Below are positions 59,030 through 64,000 of a stretch of 64,000 bases of DNA, piece after piece. The translations under genes and the position numbers were made by a program. The DNA comes from Vicinamibacterales bacterium (GTDB taxonomy: Bacteria; Acidobacteriota; Vicinamibacteria; Vicinamibacterales; SCN-69-37): NCBI GenBank assembly GCA_039925145.1, contig JBDSZL010000047.1, positions 5,216-69,215 on the forward strand, given 5' to 3'. Positions within the stretch are counted from its first letter, which is position 1. Every line of letters begins with the position of its first letter. Under the pieces are notes generated by a model, which ran no database searches, was not told the origin of the DNA, and saw only the letters and a list, made by a program, of their open reading frames with translations.

Positions 59030-60547
59030 ATGACGCAGGACAACCGCACGATTATAGCCGAGCCCATACTGGCTTCGCCTCGCGTGGCCGCAGCGCTCCT
59101 GGTGGCCGCGATCATCCTCGGGACTGCGGCCGCGGTGTTCTATGCACATGCACACCTGACGCTGAGTCACTACGATGCGCGCGCGCACCTCGTCGTTGCA
59201 CGGCGCGTCACCGACAGCCTGACGCCCGGATGGCGGCAAATCGGCGCGGTGTGGCTGCCGCTGCCTCATGTGATTGGGATACTGCCGCTGCAATCCGACT
59301 GGGCGTACCGGACGGGATACCCGATGGTGGCGGTCTCCATTCTCTCGCTGGCGTTGGGACTGGCGCTGGCGGGCACGTACCTCGCGCGCGTCACGCGCTC
59401 AAGGGCGGCGGCGCTCGTCGGGCCGGCGGTGATCCTGGCCAATCCGAACGTGCTGTATCTGCAGAGCACGCCGATGACCGAGCCGCTGCTGATTGGGCTC
59501 TCTCTGGCGGCGCTGGCAGCCGTCGACGCGTGGTGTCGGCAGAGCACGCCAGACCGTCGTCGTGTGGCCGGCGGCGTCCTGTTCCTCCTGACATTAACCC
59601 GCTACGAGGGGTGGTGCATCGCTATGACGCTCGTGGCCCTTGCCGCGCTCGTCCGGTGGCGGGCGCGGGAGCCCGGTGTGTTCGCGCTGGCGCCGTACGT
59701 GGTCTCGGCGGTGGTGTTGTTCGTGGCGCTCAGTCGCGCATCAACCGGTGAGTGGTTCGTGTCGTCAGGATTCTTTGTACCCGACAATCCGGCCCTGTCG
59801 CATCCACTCGAAGCGCTGAGGCAGGTTGTCGCGTCACTGGCCGATCTCAGCAGCCACACGCTGTTGATGGTGGCGGCTGTGGGCGTGCTGCTCGTGCTGG
59901 CCGCGGCCGCGCGCTCTGTCACGGCCCTCCTGCCGCTGAGCCTGCTGAGCGCCGGGGCGCTTCCGCTGTTCGCGTTCGTGCAAGGGCATCCTCTCCGCGT
60001 CAGGTACATGGTGCCGCTTGTCGCAGCCAGCGGCATCATGGCCGCGTTTGCCGTCGCGTCCGTGCCGCGGCGGGCTCGGGGCGTGGCCGCAGCCGTTCTG
60101 TTGGTCGTCACGTGCCTGGAACGGTCGCCGATCGATTCCCACGCCCCGATGGTGACGGAGGCGCAATGGGAGACGCCGTTCCGTCTGGGACGCCAGGAGG
60201 TGACCCGGTATCTCGCGGGCGTGTACGACGGCACGCCCATCCTGGCGAGCATGGGCTCGCTCGGACACTACATGCAGGAGGCGTCAGGCGGCGGGCTGAA
60301 CATCAGGAACTTCGTGCACGAGGGAAACGGCGATCTCTGGCAGGCGGCCACGCGCGCGCCACGACGCTACGTGAACTGGGTCCTGATTGAGGAACGGGCC
60401 GAAGGCGGCGACATGCTGGCGGCTCGAGCGCATGAAGACGCGAACTTTCTGGATGGCTTCACGCGCGCCGCGTCGGGGGGCGGTCTGGTCCTGTACCGCA
60501 AGATCCTCGACGTCTCCGACGCGAAGCTAGAACCTGACGAGAAATGA
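59030..60547 (+). CDS. Polytopic membrane protein, putative GT-C-like glycosyltransferase
   Basis: 505 aa with many TM segments. The first loop reads HYDARAHLVVARRVTDSLTPGW, and the protein ends in a soluble C-terminal tail. The function is inferred. Confidence 0.5.
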   Translation: MTQDNRTIIAEPILASPRVAAALLVAAIILGTAAAVFYAHAHLTLSHYDARAHLVVARRVTDSLTPGWRQIGAVWLPLPHVIGILPLQSDWAYRTGYPMVAVSILSLALGLALAGTYLARVTRSRAAALVGPAVILANPNVLYLQSTPMTEPLLIGLSLAALAAVDAWCRQSTPDRRRVAGGVLFLLTLTRYEGWCIAMTLVALAALVRWRAREPGVFALAPYVVSAVVLFVALSRASTGEWFVSSGFFVPDNPALSHPLEALRQVVASLADLSSHTLLMVAAVGVLLVLAAAARSVTALLPLSLLSAGALPLFAFVQGHPLRVRYMVPLVAASGIMAAFAVASVPRRARGVAAAVLLVVTCLERSPIDSHAPMVTEAQWETPFRLGRQEVTRYLAGVYDGTPILASMGSLGHYMQEASGGGLNIRNFVHEGNGDLWQAATRAPRRYVNWVLIEERAEGGDMLAARAHEDANFLDGFTRAASGGGLVLYRKILDVSDAKLEPDEK

Positions 60548-61270
60548 GAAGTTCAATTCCCCGCCGCTGAGATCGATCTTCTCTGCGAGAAACCCTTTGT
60601 CGATCCCGCCGGTCTTGCCCGCGCCGAACTGGTAGCGCCCCTCGACCGCCATGCCGTAGACATCTCCACCAATCGGAAACCGGACACCGCCGAGCAGCAG
60701 GCCGCCAAGGGTAGACCCGCTCGTCGTGTAGCGGTTACTGAAGATGTCGAGCGTGTTGGTGTCGATGAAGTCGCCGCTTTCGCTGTAACGATAGTTGAGC
60801 AGCGAGACTCCGGCACCGACGTACGGCTGGACGTCACCGGGCCGGCCAAACGGCAGAAACCGCACGACACCCGTGACGGGCACGATCTGTAGCTTCAGCT
60901 GTTGCTCGACCTCGAGCCCGCGAGGATCGACGAGATCGAGATACACCGTCGGCACCGTCTTGCGGTAGAACCCGAGGCCCGCGCCGACCTCCACGTGGTC
61001 GCCAAAGGCGATGTTCCACTCGCCGAAGAGGCGGCCCCCGCGAAAGTCTTTGACGTCGAACGCCAGCGCATCGGAGAAGTTCGGCAACGATGGGATCGCC
61101 TCGCCAAAGTAGTTTCGGACGAGCACATCGCCCTGCGTCCGGGAATCGAGCCCTCGAGGCATGAACAGACCGGCGCCGAGTTGCAGCGAGTGGACCAACT
61201 GCGCGGAGGCCGGCACGGCGGTCACGAGTGTCGTCAGAGCGAGAGTGGCGGTGCAGATGAGTGCGCGCAT
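60527..61270 (-). CDS. Outer-membrane beta-barrel protein
   Basis: The start is set at ATG 61270 (MRALICTATLALTTLVTAVPASAQ). It has a beta-strand pattern and a C-terminal NFSFLVRF. Confidence 0.7.
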   Translation of the reverse strand: MRALICTATLALTTLVTAVPASAQLVHSLQLGAGLFMPRGLDSRTQGDVLVRNYFGEAIPSLPNFSDALAFDVKDFRGGRLFGEWNIAFGDHVEVGAGLGFYRKTVPTVYLDLVDPRGLEVEQQLKLQIVPVTGVVRFLPFGRPGDVQPYVGAGVSLLNYRYSESGDFIDTNTLDIFSNRYTTSGSTLGGLLLGGVRFPIGGDVYGMAVEGRYQFGAGKTGGIDKGFLAEKIDLSGGELNFSFLVRF

Positions 61271-61400
61271 GAGAGCTCCTGGGACAGGGGAACTGCACGC
61301 AGTGACAGCAGGAAGGGTGCCAAGCGAGGCGTGAGCCCGCCCACTGCACGGATGGGTCAGGCGTGGTGTGAAGGCAGCCGTGCGTCCACGGCCGAGTACA

Positions 61401-62204
61401 TCACGCGCGGCCGCGCACCTGATCGATGAGGCCCTGCATCTTGGGATGCAGCACCCCATTGGATGCGATGATGTGCCCGGCGAAGACGTCGAGCGGCTCA
61501 CCGCCGAGCCCGCTGACGTGACCTCCTGCTTCCCGAAGAATCACGGCCCCGGCTGCGATGTCCCACGGCTGGATCCGCTCTTCCCAATAGCCGTCGAGCC
61601 GCCCGGCCGCGACGTAGCACATGTCGAGCGCCGCCGATCCCAACCGCCGCACAGCCTGAGCTTCCCGGAGAAACGCGTCGAAGACATCGACAGGGCGGTG
61701 ACGGGCGTCGCGAACAGTATAGGGAAAGCCGGTGCACAGCATCGCGTCGACCAGTTCGGTGCATCCAGAGACACTGATACGCGTGCCGTTCAGGCGCGCG
61801 CCCTGCCCCGACTCCGCTGTGAACAGCTCCTCACCCATCGGATCGTAGACGACGCCGATCGCGAGAGTGCCCTCGATCTCGAGCGCGATCGACACGCAGA
61901 ACAGCGCCAGCCCATGCGCGAAGTTGGTAGTGCCGTCGACCGGGTCGATGATCCACTGGTACGGTGCCTCGGTGCGTGGCGATCCGGCCGCGTTCTCCTC
62001 GCCGATCACACCGTGCGCAGGGAAGCGGCTGGCAATCAGCTCGCGGAACATCCGCTCGGCTTCGAGGTCGGCGGCCGTGACCAGATCGATGCGGCCCTTT
62101 TTCTGAATGCGTGGATTCTGTCTGAAATAGCGTCGGTGAATACGCCCCGCCGCCAGGGCGCCTTCAACGGCGGTGGCGAGCAACAGGGGATCGAGCGGCG
62201 CCAA
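61401..62204 (-). CDS. suhB: Inositol monophosphatase family protein
   Basis: WIIDPVDGTTNF motif, with GEE and WDIAAG segments. Confidence 0.85.
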   Translation of the reverse strand: MAPLDPLLLATAVEGALAAGRIHRRYFRQNPRIQKKGRIDLVTAADLEAERMFRELIASRFPAHGVIGEENAAGSPRTEAPYQWIIDPVDGTTNFAHGLALFCVSIALEIEGTLAIGVVYDPMGEELFTAESGQGARLNGTRISVSGCTELVDAMLCTGFPYTVRDARHRPVDVFDAFLREAQAVRRLGSAALDMCYVAAGRLDGYWEERIQPWDIAAGAVILREAGGHVSGLGGEPLDVFAGHIIASNGVLHPKMQGLIDQVRGRA

Positions 62205-62642
62205 TCAGGACGCCAGTTTCTTGCACATGCGCACGGCCGTTCCGCCCTCGGGCCGACGGCCAATCGTGACGTCGTCCATGAAATTGCGCATGAAGAAGAT
62301 GCCGCGGCCGCTCGACTTCAGCACGTTCTCGGGTTCGAGGGGATTGGCCACCGAGGCGGGATCGAAACCGTCGCCCTCGTCCATGACCTTCACCACGAAC
62401 TGCTCGGGCTTGGCACGCGGTTCCAGCATAAACTCGATGGTCACGTGTTTGGCCCGGTCCTCGTGGTTGCCATGCTTGATGGCGTTGATGACCGATTCGC
62501 GCACCGCGACGCTGACCCAGTGTGTGGCGTCTTCGTCGAGCCCGGCGAGCGCCGAGAGGCGGTCGCTCAGTACCTGAACAAGGTCGAGCAGCTCAAACGA
62601 ACTGGGCAGTTCGAGGCGGATGAGATGCTGGTCGCTGAGCAT
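62205..62642 (-). CDS. RsbW/SpoIIAB-like anti-sigma regulatory factor (Ser/Thr kinase, HATPase_c_2)
   Basis: N-box ESVINAIKHGN and G-boxes DEGDGFD / GRGIFFM. At 145 aa, its size is typical of the family. Confidence 0.8.
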   Translation of the reverse strand: MLSDQHLIRLELPSSFELLDLVQVLSDRLSALAGLDEDATHWVSVAVRESVINAIKHGNHEDRAKHVTIEFMLEPRAKPEQFVVKVMDEGDGFDPASVANPLEPENVLKSSGRGIFFMRNFMDDVTIGRRPEGGTAVRMCKKLAS

Positions 62643-62716
62643 TGGGGCGCCGACTAAGTAACATATTAGGCTCTAGACGTTCAAGAACGGGGCCTTTTTG
62701 GGCCTGAGGGTTCAAT

Positions 62717-64000
62717 GTGACCGTACATCAGCTGCACGTCCGTCCGGCCGGCGCCGTCCATGGCGCCGTGCCCGTCCCGGGAGATAAGTCGATCTCGCAT
62801 CGCTACGCGCTACTCGGGGCGCTCGCCTCCGGCACCACGTCGGTAAATCATCTGGCGCCTGGCGCAGACGTCGCCTCGACGATCGCGTGCCTACGCGGCC
62901 TCGGCGTCCACATAGAACATATCGGCACGGGAGCCATTCGAATTCACGGGAAGGGACGGGAAGGGCTGGTGATCCCGTCCGGCCCTCTCGATGCCGGCAA
63001 CTCCGGCACGACCATGCGGCTGCTGGCGGGGATCCTGGCTGGTTGCTCCTTTCGCACGACGGTCGTGGGCGATGAGTCGCTCTCGAGGCGGCCGATGCGG
63101 CGTGTGATCGACCCGCTCGTGGCAATGGGGGCCACCGTGGAGTCGCGTGACGGCCGCGCTCCCCTGCTGATCGACGGCGGCCATCTGCACCCGATCACGT
63201 GGCGCAGTCCGGTGGCGAGCGCACAGGTCAAGAGTGCCATCATGCTGGCCGCGCTGGCCACCAACGGGACGACGGTCGTCGTGGAACCGATGGCGACCCG
63301 GGATCATTCCGAGCGCGCGTTTCCCGTGTTCGGTCTGACGTCCCAGACGTCCACCGATCCCGCCGTCACGGGCAGCACCGACGGCCTCGCCACCGCGGTT
63401 TCGGTAACGGGGCGCCAATACGCGACAGCGCCCGCCGGGACGTTGCACGTGCCCGGCGACCCGTCCACCGCCGCTGTCTGGGCCGCGGCCGCCGCCGCCA
63501 TTCCCGGGTCGTCGGTGGAGTTGACGGGCGTCTGTCTCAACCCCCATCGACTCGGGTTCGTGCGCGCGCTCGAGCGCATGGGCGCGGTGGTGGAAACGGA
63601 CGTGCAGTCGCACGCCGGTGGAGAATCCGTCGGCGTGCTGCGGATCAGTCATGGCGAGCACCTCGCGACCGTCATCGAGGCCGCCGAGGTCCCAAGCCTG
63701 ATCGACGAACTCCCGGTGCTCGCGGCGCGCGCCGCGCTGGGGGGCGGGCTGGAGGTGTCGGGCGCCGGCGAGCTGAGGGTCAAGGAGAGCGACCGCATCA
63801 GCGCGCTGGTCACAGGATTCCGCGCGCTCGGCGTAGACGCGTCGGAGCGGCCGGACGGTTTCATCATTCATGGTTCGACCCGGCCAGCAGGCGGCACGGC
63901 GGACGCCGCCGGCGACCATCGCCTGGTGATGGCCTTCACGCTGGTGGGGCTCGGCGCGGCCGGCCCGTCCATCGTCACCGACGCTGGCGCCGTCGCGATC
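62717..64000 (+). CDS. aroA: 3-phosphoshikimate 1-carboxyvinyltransferase (EPSP synthase), 3'-partial at window end
   Basis: It is not in the ORF track because there is no stop inside the window. My translation from GTG 62717 (GAGGG 6 nt upstream, in-frame TGA at 62705) is open for 428 codons. It contains PGDKSISHRY, LDAGNSGTTMRLL, SAQVKSA and RVKESDRI. Confidence 0.9.
   Translation, partial: MTVHQLHVRPAGAVHGAVPVPGDKSISHRYALLGALASGTTSVNHLAPGADVASTIACLRGLGVHIEHIGTGAIRIHGKGREGLVIPSGPLDAGNSGTTMRLLAGILAGCSFRTTVVGDESLSRRPMRRVIDPLVAMGATVESRDGRAPLLIDGGHLHPITWRSPVASAQVKSAIMLAALATNGTTVVVEPMATRDHSERAFPVFGLTSQTSTDPAVTGSTDGLATAVSVTGRQYATAPAGTLHVPGDPSTAAVWAAAAAAIPGSSVELTGVCLNPHRLGFVRALERMGAVVETDVQSHAGGESVGVLRISHGEHLATVIEAAEVPSLIDELPVLAARAALGGGLEVSGAGELRVKESDRISALVTGFRALGVDASERPDGFIIHGSTRPAGGTADAAGDHRLVMAFTLVGLGAAGPSIVTDAGAVAI

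Overview
This is a high-GC bacterial chromosomal window. The gene content (CarboxypepD_reg proteins, exported amidohydrolase, many envelope-glycan genes) suggests an Acidobacteriota-like soil bacterium, but that is inference only. I support about 55 protein-coding genes, one RNase P RNA and two intrinsic terminators. I saw no intact mobile element, CRISPR array, rRNA or complete tRNA.

Layout:
- (i) 1-2.7 kb: a DUF763 gene, then a scar region of gene fragments. These are a 5'-truncated ORF, an internally deleted primase/helicase-type remnant, a tRNA-3'-end-like 20-mer and a duplicated methyltransferase 5' end.
- (ii) 2.7-29 kb: housekeeping genes. They include rnd, two CarboxypepD_reg paralogs, rnpB, a minus-strand run (radC-larC-metG-tatD-polyprenyl synthase-ligA-HtrA-sigma54 response regulator), a DASS transporter, dapF, a GlpD-like gene and ttcA.
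- (iii) 30-61 kb: a very large envelope-glycan locus. It holds GT4 and GT2 transferases, methyltransferases, an acetyltransferase, a deacetylase, an AsnB-type amidotransferase, a Wzx flippase and a UPF0104 flippase-like protein. It also holds five large polytopic GT-C-like or unknown membrane proteins, a polyprenyl-phosphate sugar synthase plus a DedA/YqaA protein, and two outer-membrane barrels.
- Embedded in that locus is a quartet of lipoproteins: two HYR-SGNH paralogs and two paralogs sharing a C-terminal domain I cannot assign.
- (iv) 61-64 kb: suhB, an RsbW-like kinase, and aroA. aroA runs off the window end and is absent from the supplied ORF track.

The best novelty candidates are the lipoprotein quartet and the GT-C-rich, Wzy-less glycan locus with its polyprenyl-P-sugar/DedA module. 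Many long ORFs in the track are antisense or out-of-frame shadows typical of high-GC DNA and were rejected. All family calls rest on motifs read by eye and recalled family signatures. No searches were run.
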